NCBI GenBank assembly: GCA_030704615.1
Contig: CM060734.1
Span: forward strand, 9,858,001 to 9,922,000
DNA length: 64,000 nucleotides
DNA from: Takakia lepidozioides
Lineage: Eukaryota > Plantae > Bryophyta
Reading direction: 5' to 3'
Shown in pieces: positions 13,801 to 26,663 of this stretch; position 1 is the stretch's first letter; the number at the start of each line of letters is the position of its first letter. The notes below the pieces were generated by a model. That model saw only the letters and a program-made list of their open reading frames with translations, ran no database searches and was not told the origin of the DNA. Position numbers and translations under genes: made by a program.

Positions 13801-14555
13801 AATCTGTCCCTCCGCACTTGTGCAGGAGGGAGCACTACAACTGAATGGCCATTTTATTACTGGGGCTTTCCCATAGTTGTGGTTGATATGACTAAATGCA
13901 TGACTACATAGTAATGGAAGGCATTGGAAGTGGAAAAAATATTATCCGCAGTCATGGGAGTGATTGAGTGACTGGTCCACGAGGTCAACTCTAGTTGACC
14001 TTGGTGACAAGGATGAGACTTATGACTAATAGTTGGTTGTATGTCTACAATGCAATGACATGGCATTGTTCATATGACTAGGAGTCATATATATGTCTAC
14101 GATAGGATGATGTGTCATGTGCACATGTGTAACTAAATTGTAGAGAGACCAGCTCTGTACCTAAAGGATGTGGTGACATGTCGCTGAGCATATGACTAGT
14201 AGTTGTGAGTATGTCTAGGATAGAATGATGTGTCATGTGCACACGTAATGGAATTATTTTAATAATCGCGAGATTTCGAAAAATCTGATTGGGTGAGCCC
14301 ATTATCTGCATGATGGAGAGACACGTTCATGATTGCATGGGGGATATAAGAAATAGCTTTGTTAAAACTGAGTGACATGTCATCACCCCACCACTGGAAT
14401 GACACAAAGCGCAAAAGAAAAAAAGAAAAATGCAAAAGGTTAAAAATTCCAAAAAGTTGCTTTAGGGTTGCCCACATTCAGCCGTGAACAAAGGGGTAGA
14501 CTTAGCCTCCTTTTGAGTTTTTTTGGTCTCCCGCGCTTAGTATCGAGCCAAAACA

Positions 14556-14880
14556 ATGTTGCGAGATGTTGTGTCATGGAACGCGATGATCGCAGGATAT
14601 GCAATGCAGGGCGTGGGATGGAGGCTTTGCATAGCTATTCTTGATCAAATGATGCAGGAAGGGGCGAAGCGCAACCACATCACATTTGGTCGTATTTACA
14701 CAGTGTGTGCAAGCCTGGTAGCCCTAGGAAATGGCAAAGAGGTCCATGGCGACATTGTGAAAGCTAGGGTTGTGCCAAATACCATTCTGGACATTGCCCT
14801 CATTGATATGTATGCTAAATGCGGGAGCCTTGAGGGTGCAAAGAAAGTGTTTAACAAGATGGCTGAACATGACGTGGTCT
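14556..14880 (+). pseudogene. PLS-class pentatricopeptide repeat fragment
   Basis: RDVVSWNAMIAGYAMQG..NHITF..VCASLVAL..GKEVH..ALIDMYAKCGSL..A.KVFNKM..HDVV is a typical P-L-S triplet, truncated at both ends. Confidence 0.9.
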
Positions 14881-15009
14881 AGACCAAGTGGGGTTAGGGT
14901 GTTTGCTGGAAGAACTTCGTGCCGTCAGTGTCAGCTGCTAGCAGCAAGGCTGAGGATGTATCCATGATTTGTACACAAACAGGGATAGCTGAAGGACCAG
15001 GGATAGAGG

Positions 15010-17571
15010 TCCAGATTCATCCAAGAGGGCTGGATTTCAAACTCAAGATTACTTCTGATTCCCTGTGGATCAATAGGTACAAGAAATCTGCGTGGGTAGA
15101 TGGTCAACTGGAAACATCAGCGACAACAGCACAATTGATAGAGCAAGGCACTGCTAATGAAGGCACCTTCTTCAACACATTTCAGCCTGTTTTCCCCTAT
15201 TATTAGAGTCGCCCCTAAATTTTCATGTTGAATTCTGCAAGTTAGCTCGTTTGTGATATGAGCTGGCTTGAGTTTTCTAAAGATCCTTCACGATGGTGGG
15301 ACAACTGCAATCGCAAGGTGTGCTTTTTTCTTAATGTACGATGTGAAGAAGTCTGTTCATCCGGCAAAGGTGGGCTTTTGGCTCCTGTTAGTACCATGAT
15401 TTGGTATTCTTCCTGATGTTTACAAGGTTCTTGGGAGAGTCAGCTTGGTCTTAGCAAGCCGTGTTTCAATCTCTGCCTGCTCAGCTGCACCGTGGTGGTT
15501 CTCACAAACCAATCTGACATTACCTTACTATAGACTCAAACAACACACACAAGAGGTCATTTTGGGTTGATGGTCGGTCAAATCCTCCATGGGTCACGAC
15601 ACAAGATCAAGGACAATGTGGTGAGGGCACCTTCTTCTTCAACCTATTTCAGCCTGTTTTGCCCTCTCATCAAACTCAGCCCTAAGATGCATATTGAATT
15701 TTGTAAGTTAGCTCGTTGGGTGGATCTGTGGTGGTTTGGAGTGACTTTGACAAGTTGCTGCCGATGTGGCAGCAGGAAAGTATCCAAAAACAGATAATTG
15801 AGATGAGAAGGAGCTTTGGAATGAACATTTTTCCGACCCCAGTCAATGGTGGGACAATGGAGACAAAAAGGTGAGTGCCTGTTGGACTGCAGAGAGAAGC
15901 AGATGCAATTCAGAATTGGAACTACTATAATAAGTAGGGTTGGGGTGTTTGCTAGAAGAACTTCACGTCGTCAGTGTCAGCTGCTAGCAGCAAGGCTGAG
16001 GATGGATTCATGATTTGTACACAGGCAGGGATATATAGCTGAAGGACCAGGGACAAAGGTCCAGATTCATCCAAGAGGGCCGGATTTGAAACACACTTTT
16101 GATTCCTTGTGGATCAATAGCTACAAGTGGGTAGATGGTCAACTAGAAACAATAGCGGCAGCAGCGCCACAATTGATAGAACAAGGCACTGCTAATGAAG
16201 GTACCTTCTTCAACACATTTCACCTTGTTTTTTCCTGTTATCATAGTCGTCCCTAAATTTTCATGTTGAATTCTGCAAGTTAGCTCGTTGGTGGATCTAT
16301 GGTGGTTTTGGAGTGATTTTGACATGTTACTGCCAATGTGGCAACAACAAAGTGTCGAAAAACAGATAATAAAGACAAGGAGAAGCTCTGGAATGAACAC
16401 ATTTCCGACCCTAGTCAATGGTGGAACAATCGAGGCTAAAAGGTGAGTGCCTGTTGGAAGCAAATGCAAGTCAACATATGAACTAGTGTTTTCTGGAACA
16501 ATTCTAGGCTGTCATTGCCAGCTGCGAGCAGCAAGGCAAGGATGTATGCATGATTTGTGCAGAGGCATAGATAGCTGAAGGAGTAGGGATAGAGTGTGGG
16601 TGCAGATTCATCCAAGAGGGCCGGATTTTCAAGCTCCAGATTACCTATGATTCCCTGTGAAAGGATAGCATTTCACCCTATTTTTCCCTCTTATCAGAAT
16701 CGGCCCTAAATGTCCATGTTGATTTCTGCAAGTTAGCTGGTTGAGTGAATCTAACTTGGAGTGGCTTTGACATGATACTGCCAATGTGACAACATGATAG
16801 TATCCAAAAACAGGTAACAGAGATGAGGAAAAGCTGTGGAATGAATACTTTTCTGACCCCAGTCAATGGTGGGACAACCGAGGCAAAAAGGTGAATGCCT
16901 GTTAGATTACAAAGAGTAGCAGACGCAATTCATCATAGGAACTAGTGTGATAAGCTGAGTTGGGTGTTTCCTAGAACAAATCTAGGCTGTCATTGTCAGC
17001 TGCTAGCAGCAAGGCAATGATGAATGCATGATTTGTGTAGAGGCATGGATAGCTGAAGGAGCAGGGATAGAGTGTGGGTCCATATTCATTCAAGAGGGCC
17101 AGATTTCAAGCACAAGATTACCTATGATTCCCTGTGGATCGATAGCTACAAGAAACCTGCATGGGTAGATGGTTAACTAAAGGCAGCAGCTGCAGCGGCA
17201 CAGTTAATAAAATCGGGCACCTCAACCATGACCACAGCTTCTGGAAGAGGATCAAGAGAGGGAGTCCACAATGCCTTTTCTGGCACTTCTGGGCATGTGA
17301 AGATGCATTGTATGTGAGGCAGGCAAGTTGAAAGAAGCTCTACAGAGTTTAAACCAATGAAACATTTCAGCATATTCACATACGTATGTTTGTCTCTTGC
17401 ATAAGTGCATCAAGATGAAAGGCCTGGAAGCTGGAAAGCAGGTGCACACTCACACTATCCAAAGTGGATTCACGCCAAATGTTTTTCTACTCAACACCCT
17501 TGTCAACATGTATGTTAAGTTCGGGAGCATCATGGATGCTCACCAAGTGTTCAACAGAATGCCTCAACGAT
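15010..17571 (+). pseudogene. Tandem OSB-type PDF-motif exons followed by PLS-PPR repeats (degenerate fusion gene)
   Basis: Repeated exon pairs (ELW.E.FSDPSQWWDNR.KK, GT intron, IHPRGPDFKHKITYDSLWIDSYKKPAWVDG.L). First halves at ~15260-15317, 15800-15870, 16380-16442, 16825-16890; second halves at ~15015, 15520, 16065, 16606, 17085. The last runs into PPR-coding sequence (GKQVHTHTIQSGFTPNVFLLNTLVNMYVKFGSIMDAHQVFNRMPQR). Stops and frameshifts are present. Confidence 0.78.
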
Positions 17572-18530
17572 GAGCCGTGAGCAGGTTTAAGCATGAGCAC
17601 GAGCACAAATTACCATGAGCAATGCATAATTAATGGAATATTTTCCAAATTTGGCCCTTGTGGAGCTAATTTTGGACTGCTTTTCATATACTGAAACTGT
17701 TAAGTGCTCGATCATTATATGGCATCAAACTTAGGTTCGGATACAAAAAAGCAGGTTCAGCAGTTACCGATCCCGTGTAGTCGGTGCCGATTATAAGAGA
17801 ACAGTGCTATGACAAATGGGATGCGGCTACCGCGGGAATAGGCCCGTCTTCTATAATCGTGGTCCGCCCGTGCCATCTCAATGCTTCAAAAGAGAAGTGC
17901 ATTTGCACTTGTCACAGGGATTTTCAATGCAACTTCATGCTCATGATCTATTTGCTCATGCTAATGGGAAAGCCCCCTAGCTCTCGGAGCTCATACACTT
18001 TAAAGTCGGCACCGACTTTAAGGATTAGCATTATATGAACATGCTTAAGATGTGCAAAGACAAAGCAAAGACAAAGCAATGCAAAGACAAATCATTTTAT
18101 TTATTTATTTTTTTCTTGGAAATGCCCGATACGTGCAAAGTTGTAATCACCGCCGATTATTCAGTGGCCAGGCAACGGGAAGTCGGCGCCGATTTACCTG
18201 TGGGGGATTCGGAAAACGGTAATCTGGAAGGCTTCAAAAATGGCGTTGGAACTTAACGTTCCCGACCACTGCCTTTCTTACACGCGCCCTTTGTCGGACA
18301 TGTGTTGCTCTCCAAATCGTAGACTGCCACTTTGGGCAGGTAGTGCAGTTGCGTAATCGGCGCCGATTATGACTATGCCGGGGAATGGGAAGCCGGAGCC
18401 GAGCCAATTTTCGGCCTGCGGGATTATGAAAACATGGTCGATTTAACGGTTATGATGGTAGCGGGTTCATTATGTTCACGGCTAGTGGCTTTCGCCCACG
18501 TGTCCTTTGTCGGACATCTCCTGCTCTCCG
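17572..18530 (+). mobile_element. Terminus of a Mutator-like element inserted into the PPR exon
   Basis: PPR homology stops at ATGCCTCAACGAT (compare the uninterrupted copy at ~41810). The insert starts GAGCCGTGAGC with CATGAGC motifs, resembles the reverse complement of ~54500-54670, and has GGCGCCGA subterminal motifs. Confidence 0.55.
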
Positions 18531-19599
18531 ACATTTTGGCGGGCAATACAGTGAGCAGTCCTCGATAGTACGCAGATGAGCAAAGATGGAAGCACATGGT
18601 ACTGATGAATGAGGATAAGGATGTAAACTTGTTACTTTGACTGGAAAAGGATGAATGAGAAGTGAACAGTCAGCACTGGCGGAGCACGTTCATTAGAACG
18701 AGAAGCAGGTATTTTGCCTATGTACAAAGGATGAGGATCCGGATGAATGAAGTGGCGAGGAGATAGAAGCGGACAGAATAGCAGCATGCAGAGCGTTGAT
18801 GAGGAATCGATCAGTGGCTGGCACACCGCCGCCTTAGACCGTATGATACATGACTAAGCAGGAGATCAGAATTAAGTTTTGGGGCCTTTTGATATTATCC
18901 AGACTTAATTGAGGGCCAGTTGTCCATATATTTTCCATGAGACCTACAGGACAATCAACGCCCAGACATATCGTCACGAACAATCCCACACACGGGGTAG
19001 GGCAGCGGGTTTGAACCCCGAACCACCAGGGCGATACACTGTGCATTTACCAGCCGATGTGTTTTTTTTAAATCTTTTGCACTTTGATTTTTTTTTGTTT
19101 TTTTTAATTTATTCTAGTGGTCAGAGTCTCCGTTTTTTCAAAATATAATGCTCATACATTATATATATAACCAGAAAAGCATGTGTCGATACGTGCAGTC
19201 ATTTAGTGATTCATCCATGTGATGATCTGGCAGAATGCATTAGAGTGAGAGTCATGAAGTCATATGCCCATCTAGCAATATGCACACGTCATTCCAGTGT
19301 AGCCATGACCGTGACTGGTAGTCATATCCGTGCCAATATTCGTGGTCAAACATCTTTGACCTGTGTTGAGCAGAGTCCGGAGTCATGCGGTTGCATATAC
19401 GCATTCCCCAGACTTGCGTTATGACTTCAAAGGCATTTACGACTGCAAATGGCATTTCTACCACAAATCTGCCATGATTGCGCACCCATGGCAGTCATAA
19501 AAGCCGCAATCTGTTGTAGTGTCTGTACTTTCTGTTACATGAGCGATCTGATTGATTGCTTGATATAGCCTGTGTCTGCAGTGGGGTGTTACAGCCAAT

Positions 19600-21576
19600 A
19601 GCTACCCAATTGTAATCTTTGCTTTGGACTGGCATATTACTTCAGCCAATGCCCCTTCAACATTTAGCACTTAGTGAAGCATCATGCTTCATTGTTTCCT
19701 GATCTTCATCATCTTCTTCAGAGTCTGATGACTCTGCTATAGGGATATCTGTATCTTTCTGCATTTCCCTTATAGTATCTGCCACTTCCTTGTGCAGTTC
19801 CTTCTCTTCCCTCCAGGCCTCATCATCTTCAGGCACATCACTGTCATCCTCATTGTCTTCTTCTTCCTCATCTACAAGGCTAATAACTTAGCCTTACTTC
19901 TGGTAATTATCATGGTACTCACTTTTGGCACAAAACATGGCAATACCATGTGAGCTGCCACTACCAGGCCTTCATTTACAGGAGTTCTCATCTCATTCTG
20001 ATGTCTAATCTAGAAGGGACAGGCAACTTTGTGATGTCCTGGTTGGTTACAACAGTAACATTCTGGGATTATTTCTATAATCCTGATTCCCTGGCTGGTA
20101 ATTCCCCCTTGGATAACCCTGATAGTTGCCTCTGGGATTGCCTTGGTAATTCCCTCTTGGGTTACCTCTTCCTGCCACGCCATTGTTATATCCACTAGGT
20201 CTACCATAGTTACCCTGGTCATTGTTCCTTCTTGGCTGGAGTTGCACCTGATGCACCCCCCCCTCTTTCTATTCTCCCTGGTTGCTCTCTTTTGTTGTAG
20301 TAACAATTCTCAGTATAATGGTTACTCAGTTTACAGATAGCACAATGGTTCTCCTTCATGTGGCATTTGGCTGTGGTATGGCCTTCATTTTGGCATTTGA
20401 ACACTAGGCACCCTTCCTCCAGTGTATTGCGGTTTCTGTAGCATAAGTCTTCTTCAAGATCTCTTCCAATCTTTTCTCATAGTTATCTTTCTTTAACCTT
20501 TCCTTCTTCTTGGACTTTTTCTTGTCCTCTTGTTCCTCCTCCTCATCTGACTCATCTTCAGAGTCGTCATCATCATTTTTATCCTTCCTAAGCATTTTTC
20601 CTTGCTCGATTCTGTTGGCTGTTTCAAATGCTACTTCTACTGTATTATGTGGTAACATATCCACCTTTCTTTGTAACTCAGGTCTCAGATCATTTACAAA
20701 CTAGGTCTTTTGTAAATCTACAGGTGGCACATCAGTCAGTTTCCTGATCATTAATTCTATCTTTTCCAGATACTCCTCAACAGTTTCATGCTTCTTCTGT
20801 CTCAACTGTTGTAGGCTACTGTACGCTTCTTCCGTGGTTTTTCTTGTCCTGAATATGTTCTGGAATTTTGTTCTAAGAGCATTCCAGGTTAGAAAATGGT
20901 TATCAGGAAATCGAGCATACCACTCAATTGCTTTCTTGGTAAGTGAACAAGGAAATAATCTCAACTTTGCATCATTATCATTTTCATTGTTCATTATACA
21001 CATGTGCTCATATTGATTGACGTGTACATCAAGATCCCCTTTCCCTAAGTAGATCGGGAAAGATGGTCTCATACGTGTTGGAGCTGGTGCTGCCATCTGT
21101 TGTACTATTACCGGCCCTGTGGCTGGTGTTGGCCCAAATCCGGTTGTAGGTCCCTGAGAACTTGTAGTAGCCGCAGCTACTGTTGTACTACTTCCCACAC
21201 TCCCTGTCCCTCCAGAAGGCGATCCAAGCTGTCCGCCTGATCCCCCTGAACCGACACCTTTGTTTGCCAGTGACTCAAGTGTATCACTTGATCCTGCTAC
21301 AATGGTTTGGGCAGTCCCAGTGGTAGTATCAACAGTTGTTGTTAGTTCTACTTCATCATATCCTTCACCTTCCAAGTCTTCGACTTGGTTTATTTCTTCC
21401 TCACTAACATAACTTAAATGAGTCGCCGTTGGAGAGTCTGTACTCTCAGCAGACTCTTCCTCATCCTCCTCCCCCTCATTGGCTGGTGTATCAAAAACTG
21501 GAGTTCCTACTCTTGGTGTACCATGCCAACTATGATCAAAGATTTTTGTTAAATCCTTGATCCAGGGATGTACCTC
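19600..21576 (-). mobile_element. Ty3/gypsy (non-chromovirus) gag remnant
   Basis: Retrotrans_gag-like FPIYLGKGDLDVHVNQYE..KLRLFPCSL..AIEWY..TWNALRTKF, followed by CCHC knuckles (FKCQNEGHTTAKC, CAICKLSNHYTENC, CYCCNQPGHHKVAC). Stops and frameshifts; truncated by the CACTA end. Confidence 0.8.
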
Positions 21577-22717
21577 CACTACTACAAATGAGGGGGGTTT
21601 GTGACGGCCGTGTGACGGCCCAGCCGTCGCAGATGGGCTCCAAGGAAACCCAGCCACGGGTCCAAACTGCGATGGCCCTGCCGTCGCAGATTTGCGACGG
21701 CAGGGAGGTCGTAGACTCCATAGTGCTTGGTGTGGTCCCCTTCTACGACTCCCAACAGTCGGATTTTGCGACAGCTGGTCCGTCACAGACCTGGACCAGA
21801 AAGGCCTCCACCTTAAATCCCATGTGACCCCTTGCCGACGCGGACAACGACCCCTCAGCCGTCGCAGATGGGGTCGTTGCGTGGACCCTGTGTGCAACCT
21901 GCGACGGCCATGGGGTCGCAGTGGGGTGTCAGTCTTTGCCATCTGCGACGCCTGAGCAGTCGAGGGTACCCACACCGTCGTAGGAGTGCCGACCATGTGT
22001 GACCCTCTGGGGTCGCAAAGGGGAGGTATGTTCTGCTTCATGCGACCCCCAGGGCATCGCAGGAAATCCAAACCGTCATAGGGCCCACCTTGGTAGTCAC
22101 AGGGGTTGGAATCTGTGACTACTAGGGGTCATTGTTTTGTGTTTTGCTTCTTTGATTCATTTTTTTTATACTATTTTGGTCCATGCATGAAGGGGCATTT
22201 CCTAGGTGTTTTATGCACTAATCTACACTCACAAATCTAGTTCAAAGGACAGGCACACAAATGTACCCAACGGTTGTTGGTATTGGAAATGGACAACAAA
22301 CATACAAAAGCTTTATAAAAAAAGCATGAGGTTTTGTACATGTGTGAGGGATGCTAAGGAAAACCTCTCATCACTCACTCTCATCGGTCTCTGACTCACT
22401 ACTACTAGTATCAGGCCGCCGCACCGCATGAGCTTGCTTATCCCCGGAGTCAGAAATGGAATCACCGTCCGACTCCTCCGATGAGGAGCCCGAGGTGCGG
22501 GCTTGCGCCCGATCAACTACCGTAGTGTCAACCTGTGACTCCCCATCGTCCATCGTATCCTCCTTGGTTGACAACTCATCAGTTGTCATGGCAACCAGGA
22601 GCCTACCCCAACCATGGTCCTTGGTGTACCCCAATTCTATCTTCGAGGGCTTCCTCCCAAAGCGTTTTACCTACACATGACATACAAATTGCCACGAGTG
22701 AGTATCTCAAAGATAGT

Positions 22718-22778
22718 GAGAAAGAGAGAGAAAGAGAGAGAGAGAGAGAGATTGAGAGGGAGAGAGAGAGAGAGAGAC
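22718..22778 (+). repeat. (GA)n microsatellite
   Basis: Directly visible imperfect GA run. Confidence 0.9.
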
Positions 22779-23059
22779 GCTAGAGAAAGATGAACTTTGA
22801 AATCCTAGATGAGTACATATGACTTACAAAACGAGTGACGAAAGACTTGGCTCCCCCGGGGCCATATCTATGCGTGGAGTCGGATTTCTTTAGCCGTGTT
22901 GTTGCAGACTCACAGCCTCTAGCAAACCCCTCCTTCTTTGCGGCGTCTTCCTCCCCCAAAATGAGGGCTTCCCAAGACTCCTACGCATGCCCCCCAAACC
23001 ATTTTTTGGTTAGTTTTTCCAAACATCCTTAGCACCATTGCCCTCAAACAATATGCATA

Positions 23060-23473
23060 TTATAATGAAATCAAGAACTGAACTGAGGTGAAGTTAGCAC
23101 ATACCGGTGTTATCCCATGTGGTCGTTGGGGAGTAACCCCATGCTTCATTGCTTTCCGGATCGCCTCTCTTGCACGGTACCTCTTGTCCTTGAGGTTCTT
23201 GCCCACCATCTCCAACAACCTCGTCTCACTCCAGGGGCCCCCAAACTCTTTCGCTATTTGGGTCACAAAACCCCTATGATTGACCCATGACAGTTGGGGC
23301 CAATCTATATGCCAAGGGAACCAAGAGGCTGCCAGCTTATCAAAGGCAACCCTCTTCATGGCTTCCCAAAACTCGCCAATGGGGTCCCTATTGGCATTGA
23401 ACTCCACCGGTGGTTTGTGATCGTACCTTGTACTATGAAGAGCATGAGAAAGCCCCCAGTGTCCAAAGTGCAA
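23060..23473 (-). pseudogene. CACTA second gene (TnpA/ORF2-like) exon fragment
   Basis: Helical ORF (PVEFNANRDPIG..IDWPQL..VGKNLKDKRYRAR) lying inside the CACTA element, antisense to Tnp2. Confidence 0.4.
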
Positions 23474-25035
23474 GTTGGATAGATATTGCGATGATGTTCA
23501 AGGGAAGACGGTCCCACGCAAGGTATATTAAGACCTTAAACTTGTCTCTAGTGTATTGTTTAGTTCTATGTGTGTAGACAAAAATATCAATTTGAAGATG
23601 AGACTATTTTTCTGGTTGTGTTTTGTATGTGTGATATTAGATCTATGTTCACACGTGCACACACACACTATATATATACATGAGAGAATTGACACAGAAA
23701 CATATTATTCTATTCATACTTTTATTTATCTACTTATTGACTATGGTATGGGGGGCCGGGAGATGCTAGAAAATGCATTACTTTCCGATCATCTCACGGT
23801 TGAAGGCACATTTCCGAAGTCCCGCCTTAGCCAACTCTGAATGGCATGCCTCAAACTGGAGCCCTCCCGGAAAGGTGTGCGGCCCTCAGGACTCGCAAAC
23901 CTAGAAGCACACAGACGAGCAATGGCCGTTTTTGGCCGATGATCCACGACATGTTCGCTTGGGCTTCTCTGCGGATGGTGTAAACCCATTCTCTGTCCAA
24001 CCATGTAGTCATTCCACCTGGCCTGTGACTCTGGTGAATTACAACATCCCTCCGTACCTTGCGATAAAAAAAGATCATATCATGTTGGCCGCCATTGTGC
24101 CAGATAATTATGTACACCGTGCTGCTTTTTGTTCACTACTTTAGGTAGCACATCAAATTATGCCTCCATCTTTCTTTTTACTATCATGTTGGATTGAGAA
24201 AGCTACCAACAAAAATCCACACGCATATATGTTGAGGAAATGACATTCTTTTTTCATGGAATGTGGTAGGGAAAAAGCAAGTCAAAGACATGGATGTGTA
24301 TATGCGACCACTTATGGATGAACTGAAAGAATTAAGGAGTGGAGTTCCATCATACGATGCATCAGCTCCTCCAGGCCATGGTTCTTTTACCATGAGAGCG
24401 ATATTGCTTTGGACAATGCACGATTATCTAGGTATAATTCATCTTAATATTGTTTTCATAGCGTTTAAATGTGTTTCAACTCGACCTGTGAATGAGGCCT
24501 CATGTGGTGAGATGAAGTACATAATCATTTTGTTTCTACAGGGCTTTTGGTTTGCTCGGGACTTAGCACAAAAGGTTACCGAGCCTGCCCATGTTGTGGT
24601 GATGACCTTGATGCACATCACTCGGGGCCTCTTGCAAAGATGGTCTATCCGAACTACCGCAAGTTTCTTCCACTGGACCATCCATGGAGAAGAAGACTGA
24701 AGCATTTGTTTGATGGGAAAGGGGAGACACGTCCTCCACCGATCCAGCCATCCGGAAAGTTTTGGGAAGACCGATGGAAAGAGGTCAAGGATGGTAAATG
24801 GAAAGGGGATGCAAAGCCTGGCATGAAACGACTATCAATCTTCTATGAGTTGCCGTACTGGGCGGTAAGTTCCTCAAATATTCCATTCTAAGTATACATG
24901 TTTATATCATCCTATTTCATATAGGGTCTATGCATCACGTGTCATCCATGATTAAGATTAAATGTATAACAGTGATGTAAGAAAATGTGGTGATCATATC
25001 ACGTGTAGGACCTGAAGATTCGTCATCTCCTTGAC

Positions 25036-25757
25036 TGTCGCACACCTCAGTTCGGTAAACTCCCCTTCAAGTCATAGTTACTCGCTTTGATGCGCGCGCC
25101 TGACTCCCAACCTGGCCGCCGGGCCAACTTGGAGTTTCGGCTGCTCACCGGGACATAACGGTCCCCTTCCGCTTCCCTCTAAACCCTCCACCTATTTGGG
25201 ACTAGGAGAATTCCCTTTGGTAGATGGCAGTCCGGAACAGCTCCCCACTCTTTGGTCGCTTTCCGGCTCGCTCGCTTACTCACTAGTTTTTGGTCACCAA
25301 CGGGCTTGCACCGTTCTCGGGGTTACTACTCCCTATATATACTTCTGTAGCTGTCCGCGGGGGTTTCATAACCAGCCATGCCATTTTATGGCGAACCACC
25401 ACGAAAACCCTCGACTCCCGGTGGTGAGTCGCGGTGAGTCTTGGCCCACTCACCGCGGCCCCAATGGACCGTGATGAGTCCCAAGACTCCCCACGACTCC
25501 CACCTCGAGGTCTCCACCCCATGGTGAGTCCTATGCCACCCCACTAAGTCCCACTAAGCTACCACCACCCCTTGTGGAGCCACCTCCACCGCAACCCGGT
25601 GTGCGGGGCTCCACCTAGTGAGCGCCTCCGCCTCCTTGAGTGCCTTGGGCACTCAAGGGTGCTTCAGCCCCCCATACCTATCGCTGCCGCTGCCCCACCA
25701 CAGGGGCAGCCCCTCATGTGTCCCGACCCCCTGCCCTCAAGGCAAAGGGCCGCGACA
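25036..25757 (-). repeat. 3' LTR of chromovirus copy 1
   Basis: TGTCGC...GCGACA; near-identical to 31282-32006. Confidence 0.97.
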
Positions 25758-26663
25758 CACACCCCTACCAACAGGGAGTCGATGTCCTCATCGACTTGTC
25801 CATTTTGTAGAAACGAACATCCAAGTTGTGGCGTCCCACATCAAGGAGTTTGTTTCCGTACCATGGCGTCCCATGGCAAAGAACCAAACCCCACACTTGA
25901 CTCCACTCTCCACTAGCTAGTTCGGCCGACTTCCTCCAAGTCCCGGCCAAGGGTGGAGCCTCTCCAGCTCCTCCCAGTGCACTCTTCTTGGCCTACTTCA
26001 AGGCCAAGGAACGATCCTCCCCGAGGATCGAATCGCCTTACTGCAACAACATTGCTTGCGATCGCTCATGATGCCGCTTTTGGCATCACCTTGAGCAAGG
26101 GTTCACCTGGAACCCTCTTTGACTAGGAAGATAACCTTGAACCAACCGTGCGCCCCAATCACTACAATTGGGTCCGCCTTGGAATGCTGGCCTGAGGTAC
26201 GGGAACACGCCGAAGCCGCACTACGACTTCGTCCCGAGGCTACACGATTATAGTACGTGAACGGAAGCACGTAGCTTCCGCGTTAGCCCGCACTACAAGG
26301 CAACCCCCTCGGTAGCGCAGTTATAGTACGCGCACGCGCCAGGTGCGCACTAGCACTTGAACTCCCAAATAAGGCGCAAGTTTCCTTGCCCCTTGGATGG
26401 GAGTCACCCGATTTCGGCACTGCGCAAACACACGATTAACCCAATTTACCTCTCCCACTTTTGTAAGCTAGCATGCATTCTACACACCAGCCAACCACAC
26501 CATGCATCACCATTCCAAACACAATAGGACGCACAATATTTGGAACCCATTTCCTTTATCACAAATTTTTGTACAATACAAGTTTTTGCAATCGGATTCC
26601 TGAGCTAGCTAAACCGGGCTAAGCATGCATTTCCTCCCCCACGCTCCAAGGTTGATGTCCCCA

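Noticed and set aside
14919-15206. 95-aa ORF as a standalone gene
   Set aside because: Its first third corresponds to the intron of the PDF repeat unit; only the IHPRG..WVDGQL part is coding.
18985-19060. tRNA gene
   Set aside because: A B-box-like GGTTCAAACC is present on the minus strand, but there is no convincing cloverleaf. At most a decayed SINE head.
20701-22071. 456-aa ORF as a single protein
   Set aside because: Chimeric read-through: the N-terminal part is CACTA subterminal repeat sequence (from 21577) and only the remainder is gag.
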